Source: the human T2T-CHM13v2.0 reference genome, Homo sapiens. From it: 64,000 nucleotides of DNA. The stretch's first letter is position 1. The number at the start of each line of letters is the position of its first letter. The DNA is taken from the NCBI RefSeq assembly GCF_009914755.1, contig NC_060934.1; one strand, 5' to 3'. Below, one piece after another: positions 32,420-48,657 of the stretch. The notes under the pieces are model-generated. The model was not told the origin of the DNA. It ran no database searches and saw only the letters and a program-made list of their open reading frames with translations. The translations under genes were made by a program, and so were the position numbers.

Positions 32420-32980
32420 TATAACTATCTTCACATTAAATGGTAGTGAGGCCGTTGGTACGACTACTTTGGAAAATGATTTGATAGTATTTACTGAAGC
32501 TGAGTATATGCATGCCCTGTTACCCAGCTATTTCATTCCTAGGAGAGGATACACACATATGGAAATATGTTCCTATGTCCATCTAAAGACACAGGCAAAA
32601 ATGTTCCATACCAGCACTGTCTGTAATAGTCCCGACCTGGACACAACCCAGAGTAATGAAAAAGAAAAAAAGACAGCTACACGTGATAAAAAAAAAAAAA
32701 AGCAAGACATAAAAGAGTATGTATGGTTTAATTCCATCTATGTGAAGTTCATACTCAGGCAAAAGTAACCTATCATTTTAAAAATCAAAATAGTGGTTAT
32801 TCTTTGGGGGGTGATTAGAGACTAAACAGGGAGGAGGAATCTTTCAGTTTCTGGTAATTTTCTATTTCTTGTCCTGGGTGCTAGTTACACCAATGTGTTT
32901 AGTTTGGAAAAATTCATTGAACTGTTTATTTCACACTATGCATTTTTCTGAATGTATGTTATACTTTAATTAAAAAAGCT
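32420..32980 (+). mobile_element. L1ME 3' end
   Basis: ACTTTGGAAAA...AATAGTGGTTATTCTTTGGGGG...TATGTTATACTTTAATTAAAAA. Confidence 0.7.
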
Positions 32981-34156
32981 TCACATAAAATCAAGGAAAT
33001 GAAAAACAAAAAGTAAAGCCAATATCTACAGTGTGAGCCTTCTTTTGGCAAAGGACACTGGTATAAACTACCTATGGACTGGCTATGTTGTCATATTACC
33101 CATGTCATTAAGGGAAGAATGAGAAAATTAGATATTCTGTCCATCTGTAAGAATCCTGTATCCACTTTGAGGGCTCATATTTTTAAAAAAGAAAAAAAAG
33201 TCTGAAATATAAAAATAAGAAGAGAAAGCTCCTGTAGCCTGACCATCAGAAAAAGCAAACCTAAGAGGTTTTCACAGCAACTGATTCCATGAACCGTTGG
33301 ACAAACCTGCATTTCTGAGAATCAAAGAAAACTTCCTTACGAAGCTACATTCCTGCCCACATGGAATAGCTCAGCATATACTCTGCTCAACAAAGCAGAG
33401 CTACATACAAATTACTGAGTTTCTCTTCCAGGTGTTTAAATGAGGTTTCTGAAGCTGACAAAACCACTCTGGTAAGGGAAGGAAAGGGAGCTTATAAAAA
33501 GAGGTTTTGTTTGTTTGAGATTAAGATGTGCAGCAGAAAAGCCCATGTATACTTTGCTATTTGGATTCCATTATGGGTTGGCTTCTGTCTCCAGTCTTCT
33601 CTCTGCCAAGATGCTGCATACCAATTGCTTCACTGGTCATTGGGCAGCTTCATGTTCTATTAGGAAACAAAATAACACAAACACCTGCTAATTTAATGTT
33701 CTTGGCCAACTTAAATTAGGAAATGGAAACTTAGTCTTAACTGAGCTGAAGGATATAAGATGGTGAAACAACAGTAGGCTTCAGGTAAAAGAAAGTTTTG
33801 AGAAGAAAAATTAAAATTAAAAAAATGCAAGATTTTACAATAAAAGCATCATTAAGGAGCAGAGAGAGGCCTTTACTACTTTTCTATCCTTATTTCCCAT
33901 TTGTCATTTCATAGAAATAGGACAGATTCAATAAAAGAGAAAATAAAAGAATTCTTCAAATTCAAATAGGAAACTGAGAAACCATATCATAATAGTATTA
34001 AGATATCTCCCAAGGTGTGCATTCTGGGCCATTAATGCATACCTTGGGTAACTGAAATACACCAAGGTGAATATTAACTCCAAAGAAACCTATGAGGAAA
34101 ACATTATCACTTAATTCTAATGCGGGCTACTGTGTCAGTCAAGAAAATGTAGGGGG

Positions 34157-34182
34157 GTGTGTGTGCACATGTGTGTGTGTGT
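34157..34182. repeat. Interrupted (GT)n microsatellite
   Basis: GTGTGTGTGCACATGTGTGTGTGTGT. Confidence 0.8.
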
Positions 34183-34458
34183 AAAGTTCAAAAATGCACT
34201 ATGTTCATTTCCTGTTCATCTGAAGCAAATACAATATGTATTACATTTGTCTATTGTTTGCTTAGAATTTATATCTCAAAATAAATGGTATCTGAAGCCA
34301 TCTGCCGCATGATTAAAAAGTAAAAGGAATACACAGAAAAACAAAAAAGTTATGGGCTATTTTAGCAAAATTCAGTGGCTGTACTTAATGCATCCTTTCC
34401 ATTGGTGCATATGTTTCATCATTTAATCTATCAAGAAGAGTCAAATATCCATAGGTCA

Positions 34459-34753
<295 letters not shown>

Positions 34754-37700
34754 ATCCATAGGTCAGAAAATTTTTCCTCTAAAGCATAATTAACAATTAT
34801 AAAAGTAAAGTTGAATTTTTTAATTTAGTCAAAAATCAATAAATATTGTTATCCTTGCAATTCCTTCCTATTTAAGTTTTCTTGTGAGAAACAGACCACT
34901 TGTTTCCTGAACATTATGGTGCATCTCAAAGAGCAAACAGAATCACTTAGATCAAATAGGGTCCAAAGCCCAGGGATGTTGACCCAACTTCCTAGTTAAT
35001 AATTCATTACATTTGTGTAGTGATTTATTCTGTTCAACATATTTCCAGCCATTCTTCCACAAGGAGTTCTATGAGAAATCATAAAAAGTGGTATCCCTTG
35101 TTGTCAAAAGAAGAAATGGACATTTGTCAAAAGGCACACACATATTAATAAAAAGTGGTGATGGTGATTTTTTTCAGAAAGCCAACATTTACCAAGCAGC
35201 TATGATGCTTCCTATATTCAAGTACTCTCTAATCACTTTCTCATTTAATGGCCCCACTAGGAATAGGATCCAAGACTGGCTCCTGTCTCAACACTCTTTC
35301 TACTCGACACTATTTCTATTTGTTGTCAGTAGCTCCCACATCTGCTCTTAAAGCCTGTCAAAAAACTCTCCTTTAACTCTGCCCATCTGCGGTGACCCAA
35401 TAGAGAATATATATTTCAGGCATATCTTCCTGACAAAGAATTGTTGTAACTAATACAACTAAGTTAGAAACATTTTCCTGAATTCAGTTTTAGAACAAGG
35501 CTGATACAAAAACCTCAGGTCAAAACTACAAGATTAAAAATTAAAGTGTGGTCCATAAGGTCATTTAGAATGCTCAAAAATATAAGTCAGATATGTGGAG
35601 AAAGAATGAAACTAATAAGTATAATCTTGAATATTTCAATCTAACTTTGATAAAGGAAACATTCTAAATATGGCATATTTGTAGACTAATGGTTGATTTT
35701 CCCACAGGAAAAAAGTGTTTTGCTTTTTAGTTTAATTCAAATAGCTTGAAATGCCTGCTATAAGGTGTGACTTTAAAGCTAAGACTACAAACTCAAATGT
35801 TTAAGCAGGAAGCGTGAATAGGGCAGATGAAAGTAAATAGGGAGTGGTGAGGCCTTGGCACACTATACTGTATCTGCCCCGATTTAAACACATTCAGATC
35901 CAATTGACCAAACCAAAAGAATCCCTGAATCTAATATACTAGCACAGATGTTTCTGTGAGCCTTATTAATTCAGTCACCATGCTGTGCATTCATGCAATA
36001 TATGTGCCTGACCTTGGAAGACCTCGGAAAGATAGGAAATGCATGTCTCCGGGCCTGATGAGCCTACAATAAGCCAAAAGGACTGAATGAGGAGCAACTC
36101 CAAGGCAGGAAGTCTGCCTCATTTTAATGGAAATAGCATAAGCTTTGAGGTTAGAATCCCAGTGCAAAAACACTCCAATAGCAGGAGATTTCAGGCAGAA
36201 TAATTAACCTCACTTCAGCTACAAAATGTGAACAATTCCTACCTTTTAGGGTATTAATGAGGTTAAATGATTTAATGTCAAAGACTTTTCCAGCATTTTC
36301 TTATTTGATGTCTCTCCATGCAACAAACTATTAGCCATATTCCCTCTTTACAATATTTCTCCCCTGTTTTCTTAGATGACAGCAACCTAAATTTAAACTG
36401 AGAGGTGTTTACCTCTCCTCTAAGTTCCAGCTGCATATCTCAAGTTGAGTCTCAAACATGTCCGAAGTTGAGCCCATTGTGTTTCCTACACTCCCACTCC
36501 CCATGTTTCTCTCCAGCATTCCATCTGCATGGCCCTAATATTCAGCTGATCAAAAAGAAACGTGAGGAATATCCGTGACTTTTCCAACCCCCCCAACCCC
36601 CACCATTAGGTAAGGTCTATTATTACACTCATTAACTATTTCTCCAATATACACCCTTGCTCTGTTCCTCACTAGTAGCACTAGTCTAGAGGAGAAATAA
36701 TTAGGGATAAAATTAAGGAAGTGCACGTGAACACAAGGGAGATGAGAGACTACAGAAATATTTAGTAAGACAGAACTTTTTGACCAATCTTTTCTCTGTC
36801 ATACCATCAGAGGAAACTCTTTAAAACTTAAATCTGGTCATCACTCCTCCAATGTAAAATTTTCTAATGATGGTTAATCCACAAATAAGAAAACTCATAT
36901 TTTTTGTTATAGACAAGCATGCTTCTCTGGCTTCTCTCTCTAGTCTTACTTCCTACTACTCCTGTCACGGTCACTCTTTTCTCCAGATACATAGAATCCA
37001 TGAGGTTCCACTGGTGCCTTTGCATGAGCTATGTTCCAGTCTCCCCTGCACCTCCTAGGAAATGACTATTCATCTTTTAAGTCATCGTGGATTCTTACAT
37101 TCTATCACACACAGACTTCACTCATGTGCCCCCTTTATATGGCACTAGTCTAGCAGATATTTTAAACTATTACTCTTTGCTGTAACTATTTGTTGACACG
37201 TCTGTGTCTCTCACCAAATCATGAGTTCCTCCTGAGGCCAAAATGATGTCTTCATTCCTCCATCCACTAGGCCTTGCATAGGAACTAGCTGAGAGTAACC
37301 AATGAATTAATAACACCTCTCACCACTTTAAAGTAATGAGAAAACCTTGAGGGTCACTGCCATAAAATAATTTACTTTTCCATGAAATAAAAATTGCACT
37401 TTTGTAAAAGGAAATCACAACTGCAAAAAAGCTCAGATATGCTCAGTCTAGAATGGAAATGTTTTTTAATCTTCCCTGACTAGGCTAAGTAGATTTGTTT
37501 ATGAACTAGTCTTCAAAGTTTTCTGGTCTAAGCCTCTTTTAAAAAACCAGTGATGATGGTTTTTAATCACTTATAAGAAGGTGTGTCTTTCAGAACCTAT
37601 TGCTTTGACTCTCAGGATGTTCTAAAATATACCTAATTTCTAACACATTCCCCAACAGAAACAAGACTGAGAAGAATGCAGATAAAGATGTCTCACACTT

Positions 37701-38119
37701 GACATGCTTTTCAGAAAGTTAAATTAGTGCTCCCTATGTTAACCAATAACTAGATTCATCTGATCGAGGAAAACAGAGGTAACTTAGGTTGATAATCTTG
37801 CTAAATTTCAGGTATTCTGAAAAACTGATTTCAACAAGTATTTATATAGTGGAATTGTGCTTAGAGCTGTGAGAAAATAGAAATACCAAGTAAAATCAAG
37901 TACCCAGCTCTGCAGTCCTCTGTTCTTCAGAAATTGTTAGATAATGATATGCTAAAATAATAAATTTGGCTAAAATTAGTGAAATAGATAATAATTACCA
38001 TAGGAATTATAAGGAAAGCATGAAAAGCTTAAGAAATGCTTCAGAGAGAGGAAGATGCACATTTCTAAATGTACCACGTAAAAGCTAGTCCAGAAAACCG
38101 GTATGAAAGTCAGTTGGCT

Positions 38120-38797
38120 TGCTAGTAGGCATCTCAGACATTCTGTATCAAAATTTGAGCTCCTGATAGTGCCCCTCAGCCCACTATTCTTACGGTATTT
38201 AACAGTTCAGTTAACAGCAATTCTTCTAATTGCCAGTGCCAAACACTTTGTTGTCATCTTTAAGCTTCTCCCCTTCTCTCATATCCCACATCCAGTCTGT
38301 CAGAAAATCCCATCAGTTTTACCTTCATTTATGAAAAATGTGACCTCTTATTACCTCTACAACTTACCATGTCACTGCTTGGCTCAGACCATCCTATGTA
38401 TCTCTGTGACCCCACTCCCAGTACTCTCCTTGCTTACCCTGACCAGCTCCATGGACCTCCTTGCTGCTTATCCAAGAAGCCAGGCACATCCCTACATTAG
38501 GCCTTCCCACGGCCGGCATGCTCTTCTAGATCCATGACTCCCTAACTTCTTTCAAGTCTTTCCTCAAAAATAAACTTTTCAGTGAGACCTCCCCTGGTCA
38601 CCCTGTCTAAAAGTTCAATCAACAATTCCAACCTCAATATGCCATATTTCCCTTCCTTGCTTTATTTTCTCTGTACTATTTGTCACTAATATATACTACA
38701 TTTATTTATCATGTTTGTTTTCTGTCTTCTCCAGTGGAACGTAAGCTCCATGAAGGTACATAAGAGGTGATAAATATTTACTTCATGAATGAATGAA
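38120..38797 (+). mobile_element. L2 3' region
   Basis: CTAGTAGGCATCTCAGAC...GTAAGCTCCATGAAGG...ATGAATGAATGAA tail. Confidence 0.75.
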
Positions 38798-38897
38798 CAG
38801 CAACCCAAATCAAGAATTTTCAATTAATTTGACATATTTTACTGATCACACATGCAAAAAGTTATCCTATCATATGGCAATAAAATACCAGAGAATT

Positions 38898-39211
<314 letters not shown>

Positions 39212-41067
39212 TTACAACAGGGAAGACAGATAAAGGGCATACAAATAGCATAAACCTCCTGCTCCCTTTTGGCTCTCATTCTAGAGGCAAATATTAGAAC
39301 ATTCACCTGCATATCTTAGGATTTGGTTTTGTATTCTACTTAGGTCATCTTTCATGTTTGCGAGAATTCATATAGAAAGCTTCTGAACCCAAAACACAAT
39401 GGCTGCTGTTGAAAGGTCAACTGCGTATGACTGCCAATTAGATGGCAAGTTGTATTTAAAATCCAGATCCCTAATTAATAACGATTTTGCCTTACTCAAG
39501 AACTGTACGCAGAGCATGAATCATCTATATGCAGAGTATTCACTGTTTAGTTGTTGCCAATTTAAATATTCATGTCTCTAGGAATGGCTTCAATCCACCC
39601 TGGTGCATAAAATAAATTAGCATTCTTGCACTCTAGAGAGAAGTATGTGTTTAGCACCAAATGGAATCAGCAGATGACTAAATACTCTTTTTTTCCTCTC
39701 TTGTTTCTATCATAAATACAACAGATGCAAGATGCTGGAATGTGGACAACCCCAGAAGGTTGGTGTTTGCCTCTAATGCAGAAATAAACCATTCAAAAAT
39801 TCATTCCATATAGCATACCAGAGTTAGCAAGAGCCCTTGGGTTCCTTTATTGCCATCAAGTTGACTTTATGACTAAACATATCACAGCGACCCCCATAGT
39901 ACAAATGAAGCATAAGGCTACCTTTGCTACTAAACATCACGGAATATCTTATAAATTTACAGCAATGATAACTGATTCAGAGTTACTACAGTTCAACAGT
40001 AAATTTTGAGCATTACCCAAATTCATGGGACACTTAAAGGTATGAGACATGGATCTTTAAATGATAAGTTACTGGAGTACAACTGTTCCTATATTAAATA
40101 GGGAAAAATTCCTTTCTAGGAAGACTCAGCTCTCTTCAATCACACCTCTTTTACAAGCAGAATGCGCAAGGAAAATGGCAGGACCTCAACAGTTGTCTAA
40201 TTGTCCGGCTTATGTTCCTCAAGGTTCTCTAGCTTTTGCTATCTCAATGTGAGTGGTACTTTCATTCTCATTTTTATTCACTATTTGATGTGTAAGGAAT
40301 GCATACTCAGAGACAGTCAATTTCAGTAAAAAATACATAAATAAATCTTCAACCACAGCTAAAATCATAATTAATAGTGAAAAACTGAATGCCTTCCTCC
40401 TTAAAATAAAAAACTAAACAAGGATGTCCCCTTTCACTAGTTCTATCCAACATTGCACTAGTTCTAGTCAAATAATTTAAGAAAGCCAAAGAAATAAAAG
40501 GCATACAGATTAGAAAAGGAGAAATAAAACTACCTCTCTTTGCAGATGCCATAATCTTATGTGTTAAAAATCCTAAGGAGTACACTCCCCGCTGAAAACA
40601 GTAGAGCTAATAAATAAGATTGATACAGTTCGCAAAAGGCAAGATCAATAGGCAAAAATCAGTTGTACTTATAGACACTTGCTGTGAAAAATCTCAAACT
40701 GAAATTAAGAAAACAATTCCACTTAAAATAGCATCAAAACATAAAAAACTTAGTAAAAAAATTTAACAAGAGAAATACAAGATGAGTATATTGAAAACTA
40801 CAAAACATCATTGAAATGAATTAGGCAAGACATAAATAAATTTAAAGACGTTCCATGTCATGGATTAGAAAACAGTATTTTTATGATGACATTATTCCCC
40901 AATTTGAACTATAAATTTAATGTAATTTCTATCAAAATTCCAACTGTGTTTTTGCAGATCCTAAATGCAAAAATGAATTTTGTAATCCTAAAATTCATAT
41001 GAAAATGTAAGGGACTCAGAATAGCCAAAATTATCTTGAAACAAAGAGCAATGTTGGAAGAATTCCC

Positions 41068-41178
41068 CTCATTTGATCATTACACATTATATGCTTGTAT
41101 CAAAATACCACCTGAACCCCAAAAATATGTACAACTATTATACAAACATATCAATTAAACATTAATAATTCTTTTAAA
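41068..41178 (+). mobile_element. ~110-bp extreme 3' L1MA insertion inside L1MB
   Basis: TTTGATCATTACACATTATATG...CCCCAAAAATATGTACAACTATTA; TSD AAGAATTCCC at 41058-41067 and 41179-41188. Confidence 0.75.
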
Positions 41179-41359
41179 AAGAATTCCCAGTTTCAAAACC
41201 TACTACAAAACTATAAGACAGTGTGTTACAATCATAAAGACAGACATATAGATCAATGTAATAGACATCAGAGTCCAAAATTAAATATTTCTATTTATTG
41301 TCAATTGATTTTCAACAAGGGTATCATGACAATTCAATACAGAAAGGATACTCTTTTCA

Positions 41360-41667
41360 GGCCTCGTGCAGTGGCTCACGCCTGTAATCCCAACACTTTG
41401 GGAAGCTCACGGCAGGTGGATCACTTGAGTCCAGGAGTTCAAAACCAGCCTGGGCAACATGGCAAAACCGCATCTTAATTAAAAATACAAAAATTAGCTG
41501 GGTGTGGTGGCACGTGCCTGTAGTCCTAACTACTTGGGGATGAAGGTGGGTGTGGTATGCGGCAGGAGGACCACCTAAGCTTCTGGGTGTTGAAACTGCA
41601 GTGAGCCCTGATTGTGTCACTGCACTCCAGCATAGGCAAGAGTGAGACCCTGTGTCAAAGAAAAAAA
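41360..41667 (+). mobile_element. AluJ
   Basis: TTGAGTCCAGGAGTTC, CCTGGGCAACAT, GAGACCCTG diagnostics. Confidence 0.9.
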
Positions 41668-41707
41668 GAACAATCTTTTCAACAAATGGTGCTAGGGCAA
41701 CTGGATT

Positions 41708-42047
<340 letters not shown>

Positions 42048-42150
42048 CAACAATTGGATATATACATGCAAAAGAAAAAAGCTGGACTCCTACCTCACAC
42101 CATACAGAAAATTAACAAAATGGATCACAGACCATTTATGCCTGTCTCAA

Positions 42151-42280
42151 CCTATTTATGCCTAGTGTTCCATTATTGGAATGCTAAGGATGTGGGAGTT
42201 ATTTATATCCTACTGCTCAAGGTCATTGCCAAGGTCTGATTGCAAAAATTCAAAAAATTGCAACCTCAGGCATAAATGGG
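42151..42280 (+). mobile_element. MER85 (piggyBac/PGBD3 non-autonomous MITE)
   Basis: CCTATTTATGCCTAGTGTTCCATTATTGGAATGCTAAG...CAACCTCAGGCATAAATGGG, 130 bp with 13-bp TIRs; closely matches the remembered MER85 consensus. Confidence 0.92.
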
Positions 42281-42768
42281 TTTTAATATAAGAGCTAAAA
42301 CTATAAAACACTTAGAAGAAAACATAGGAGTAAATCTTTGTGATTTTGGTTTAGATGGCAATTTATTAGATATGACAACAAAAGCACAAACAGCAAAAGA
42401 AAAGATAGATAAATCACATTTCATGAAAACTAAAAAATTTTGCTTATCAAAGAGTACTATAAAGTAAAAAGACAATATACAGAATAATAGAAAATTTTTG
42501 CAAATTATATATATGATGTGTCATATATCTGGAATATATAAAGAGCTATAAAAACTCAATAATAAAACAATTACTCATTAAAAAATGGGCAAAGAGTCTG
42601 CATAGACATTACTCCAAAGACAATACAGTCATCCCACAGTACCACAGGGTGTTGGTTCCAGGACCCTCATGGAAACCAAAATCTATGATCTTCAAGTTCT
42701 TAACATAAAATGGCATAATATTTACATACATCACATCCTATCATATGCTTTAAATCATCTCTAGATTA

Positions 42769-43311
42769 TAGTAAATCCTCATTTAACATTTTTGATTGGT
42801 TCTTGGGAACTGTGACTTTAAGCAAAACAATGTAACAAAATCAATTTACTATAGGCTAATTGATATAAACAAGGGTTAACTTTCTACCGTATGTATTACC
42901 GAGCTTGTAAATAAAGACCAAAACATTTCTAATATTAAACATTGAAATAAATGTGAGCCACACATACATTTAAGAAAGACTAAGGTAAGTATTTACCCAA
43001 TTATTATCATTAAAGGTGGCAGGTGACAGAGCCTATCATGGCAGCTCCAGGTGCAAGGCGGGAACCAACCCTGGACAGGATACCATTCCATTGTACACAG
43101 GGCTCAGTCACACACATACCCACACTCATTCATACTGTGACAATTTAGATTCACCAGTTTACCTAACATGCACATCTTTAGGATGTGGGAGAAAACTGGA
43201 GACCCAGAAAAAACCCACACAGACATGGGTAGAACACGCATACTTCACACAGTTAGTGGTCCCAGCTAGGTACCAACATTGGATGAAACAACATTATTGG
43301 AGGACCTGCTG
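42769..43311. mobile_element. MER6A (Tigger family) inside MER2
   Basis: TA-TAGTAAATCCTC...GGATGTGGGAGAAAACTGGAGACCCAGAAAAAACCCACAC...GAGGACCTGCTG-TA. Confidence 0.85.
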
Positions 43312-43416
43312 TACTTACAATACTTAATACAGTGTAAATGCCATGTAAATAGTTGTTATACTGTATTTTTAATTTGTATTATCTCTATTGTTGCATTTTT
43401 ATTTTTTATTCAGATT

Positions 43417-43951
<535 letters not shown>

Positions 43952-45244
43952 TATATTTCAGCCACTGTTGGTTGAATCTGTGAATGTGGAACCAGCGCAT
44001 ATGGAGGGCCATCTCTATACAAATAGATCACATATGCATGAAAGATATTCAACATAGTAGCCATCAGAGAAATGCAAATAAAACCACAGTGAGATATCAC
44101 TTCACGCCCACTAAGATGGCTATGATAAAAATGCCCATAATCAATAACACTTGTTGGCAAGGATGTGGAGGAAATAAAACTTTCACTCATTTCTAGGCTG
44201 ACTGTAAAATGGTACAGCCACTTTGGAAAATAGCCTGGCAGTTCCTCAAAATGTTAGTCATACATAGAATTATCATACCACCCAGTAATTCCTCTCTTCA
44301 GTATGAAATCAAGAGAAATGAAAACATATGTCCACATAAAAACTTGTACATGAATGTTTATGGCAGCATTCTTCATAATAACCAAAAAGTAGAAACAACC
44401 TCAATGTCCATCAACTGATGAACAGGTAAGCAAAATAGAGTATATCCACAAAACAAAATATTATTTGTCAATGAAAGGGGATATAGTACTGATACATGCA
44501 ACAACGTGGATGAATCTTGAAAACATTATGCTAAGTAAAAGAAGCCAATCACAAAAGGCCACATGGTATGAGTTAGTTTCTATGAAATGTCTCTAGAATA
44601 GGCAAATCTATAGAGACAAAAAGCAGATTAGTGGTTATCTGGGGGTTGGGGGCAGGAGTGACTGCTAATGGGTACAGGGTTGCTTTTGGAGGTAAGGAAA
44701 ATGCTCTAAAATTAGGTTATATATTGATTGTCATACATCTCTGTAACTATACTAAAAACTATTGAATTGTATAATTTAAATAGGGAATGTTATGATATGT
44801 GAATTATGCCTTAATAGAGTGGTTAGAAATAAAGACAAAGACATACCCATACATATGTCATCAGAAAGAGGAGTGAAGAGGCAGCCTGTCCTAATAGTAA
44901 AACTCAGACTTGAAGGATGCTAATACTTTGGCAGCTCAGAACCAATGAGGAAGAAGAGGAAGTCAAGATCAAGGGACGGGGGTTGGAAAACTGCTGGTTT
45001 AAAGCACTTAAAGAGGCCAGGTCACGTTTGTCAACAGAAAATAATCTCAATATAAATTACAGATAGAGCCCCTTCTAGAATTTGCCATCGTATGGTCAGG
45101 TCACAACAGTAAGGAATTCAAGATTTGAGGAAGAGAGGGAGGGGCAGTATTAACGTAAACACAGAGAGACATGGTATCCAGCATCAGGAAACTATTTTCC
45201 ACAAGATCATCACTAGTGGCCTCAGATGTTTAGAAAGAGAATCA

Positions 45245-45566
<322 letters not shown>

Positions 45567-45637
45567 CTAAGGAGTAAGGTAGCTATTACGTGGAGAATTA
45601 GAAGCTCATCTACTGTCTGAGGTTGAAGGAGGCAGTA

Positions 45638-46746
45638 CAGTCATCCCCCTTATCTGCAAAAGATATGCTCCAAGACCCTCAGTGGATGCCTAAAACCCTG
45701 GATAATAACAAACCCTATATGTACTGTTTTTTCCTATACATACATACCTATGATAAATTTTAATTTATAAATTAGGCACAGTAGAAATCAGCAACAATAA
45801 CTAATAACAAAATAGAACAAGTATAACAATGCACTGTAATAAAACTTATGTGAATGTGTTCTCTAACTCTTTCTGTCTCAAAATACCTTATCATACTGTA
45901 CTCACCCTTCTTCTTGTAATGATTTGAGTTTATACGATGCCCACAGGATGACATGAAGTGAGGTGAATTACATAGGCATTGTGACATACCGTTAGGCTAC
46001 TATTGCCGTGTATTCCTGAATCATGTGTAACCATCCCTTACTTGAAATAAATGGCTTGGTGTCACTTGTTTCAGGAGACTCCTTGCTGAAATTCTCAAAT
46101 AAACTCAATGTTTTCTGGTGCAACATGCTGTCAATCAGAACACATTTTCTGTTTATGTCTTTCACCAACAAATTTAATGCATTTTCCATCTAATTAATCA
46201 CTTATTATGCACTGTATCTGTAAAGTTTGCAGTTTGAGGTATGACAACCAAACTAGAATTTCTTTCTCCTTCTTCACAATTTAATGGATAGAAGATTCAT
46301 TCTTACCATAGAGCAACCTCAGCATACAATTATTTTTTTCCTTACTAATTCAAGAAATTTCAATTTTGCACTTAAAGGAATAACTTTATGGGTTCTCTTT
46401 GGCATATCCCAACCACCAGCATCACTACTCTTGTGCTTTGGGGCCATGTTAAGCAAAATAAGGATTACTTACACACAAATGCTGCAATACTGTGATAGTC
46501 AACCTGATAACCGAGAGGGCTACTAAGTGACTAACGGGCAAATAGTATACAGCATAGATGTGCTAGAGGAAAAGATCATTCACATCTCAGCAGGACTGAG
46601 CAAGAGAGCACAAGATTTCAAAATGTTATGCAGAACAATGTTTAATTCAAAACTCACAAATTATTTATTTCTAGATTTTTCATTTAATATTTTCAGATCA
46701 CAGTTGACTGTGGGTAACTGAAACCTCAGATAAAGGGAAATTACTA
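45638..46746 (-). mobile_element. Tigger7/MER44 internal-deletion derivative with transposase remnant
   Basis: TA-CAGTCATCCCCCTTATC and GATAAAGGGAAATTACTA-TA termini; minus ORF 46189-45992 (...KPFISSKGWLH) resembles the CENP-B-type HTH of pogo/Tigger transposases. Confidence 0.85.
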
Positions 46747-47911
46747 TATTTTTAGACCATGCAAGTAGAAAGATACAAGGAAAATGTGGAGAGTTAAATA
46801 GGGCTACAAGGGGTTAATCTATAGTTCAAAGACTAGGATGTGGGAGATGAGCGAGATGATTTAAATGTTCTCTCTCTCTCTTTCCCTCTCCTACACTTAA
46901 GTCAAGTCCTGGGAATGGCATAAGTATATAATGGAGGCCATCAGGGGATTCAACTGTTGGGAGTAGAGAATGCAGAGTCAGGAGGTAACCGGCAATGCCA
47001 ATACCATGGGAGATTGTAGCTGTTCCCTGCAGTTTCCTCCAATGCAGCAACACCAAAGGAAATCATAAATGAAAAACGATGGTGATGATGAACCATGACT
47101 GGCAGAACAAAGCACAATACCAAGGCCAAATTCTGGGTTTTATGGGCCCAGGAGGCCCAGAAGGTAATGCAATATGAGGGCCACTCAAATACCCATAGTT
47201 CCTTCCTGACTGGCTATTCAGACTCAGGATCCAGTATACCAGGAATGAACTACGAAAAATATGTACTGTGTGTCCACTATATAAACGGCAGTATTCTAGG
47301 TGCTTTCCCTTCCTTCTATGATTCATGCATAGAGAGAGAGATTATTTAAACTGCAATACAGTTTTCCTTTCTTACCAATTTATTTTCAACTATATGCTCT
47401 AAATATTTACAAGTTCCTCTGTTGTCCTTTTCAGGATTTACCATCTTGCTACCTTTCATATGGAAAATACTGGCAGAAAAAAGAAGACATTCAAAGTTGG
47501 GCTCATAAAAGAAATGCCCCAAAGTGGCCCCCGAGACTCACTTTAGTTCAAACTATGCAGTGACTTATAAATTAATTAGAAACATGAACAAATTGCAGCT
47601 AAGAAAAGCCCCCTAAAAAAAGAAAAGAGGAAGAAGTAAGAGAGAGGGATAAATAAAAACTAACATGTATCAAGTGTCTGCTATATAGATGGTAAGGTTC
47701 AAGGTATTTTCCCTTCCCTGTGAAGTGGGAATCATTATCACCATTCTTATTGACAATAACAGAAACACAGAAGGATCATAACTCATCCAAGGTAATAGGA
47801 TTGCTACTACAGATGGCACTGGAACCTAGGTCTTTCTGATCTAAATCTATACTCTGAGCCCAATGTAATGCTACTTCTATTAACAGGTCTCTCAAGCTCA
47901 CTATTCTAATA

Positions 47912-48246
47912 TCATCATGTACAACAAAATAACATTTTAGTCAACGACAAACCACATATACAATGGTGGTCCTGTAAGATCGTAATGTCGTATATTTTTA
48001 CCTTTTCTATGTTTAGATATGCTTAAGTAAATAAACACCATTGTGTTACAATCCCCTGTAGTATTTAGTAAGTAACATGCTGTACAGGTTTGTAGCCTAG
48101 TAGCAACAGGCTGTATCATGTAACGTAGGTGGGTAGTAGGCTATACCTTCTAGGTTTGTATAAGTACACTCTATGCTGTTTTACAATGAAATCGCCTAAT
48201 GATGCATTTCTCACAAGTATCTACATTGGTAAATGATGCATGACTG
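47912..48246. mobile_element. Tigger3a/MER7 MITE
   Basis: GTCAACGACAAACCACATATACAATGGTGGTCC...GATGCATGACTG. Confidence 0.85.
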
Positions 48247-48314
48247 TTTATCAAATGAAAGGCCTAAATTTTGAAGTGTCACTCTAAAATTTTTGTGTGA
48301 TTGTTTCTATGCTA

Positions 48315-48657
<343 letters not shown>

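Noticed and set aside
45992-46189. Domesticated Tigger/CENP-B-like gene
   Set aside because: Only a 65-codon remnant within an internally deleted Tigger7; no catalytic domain.
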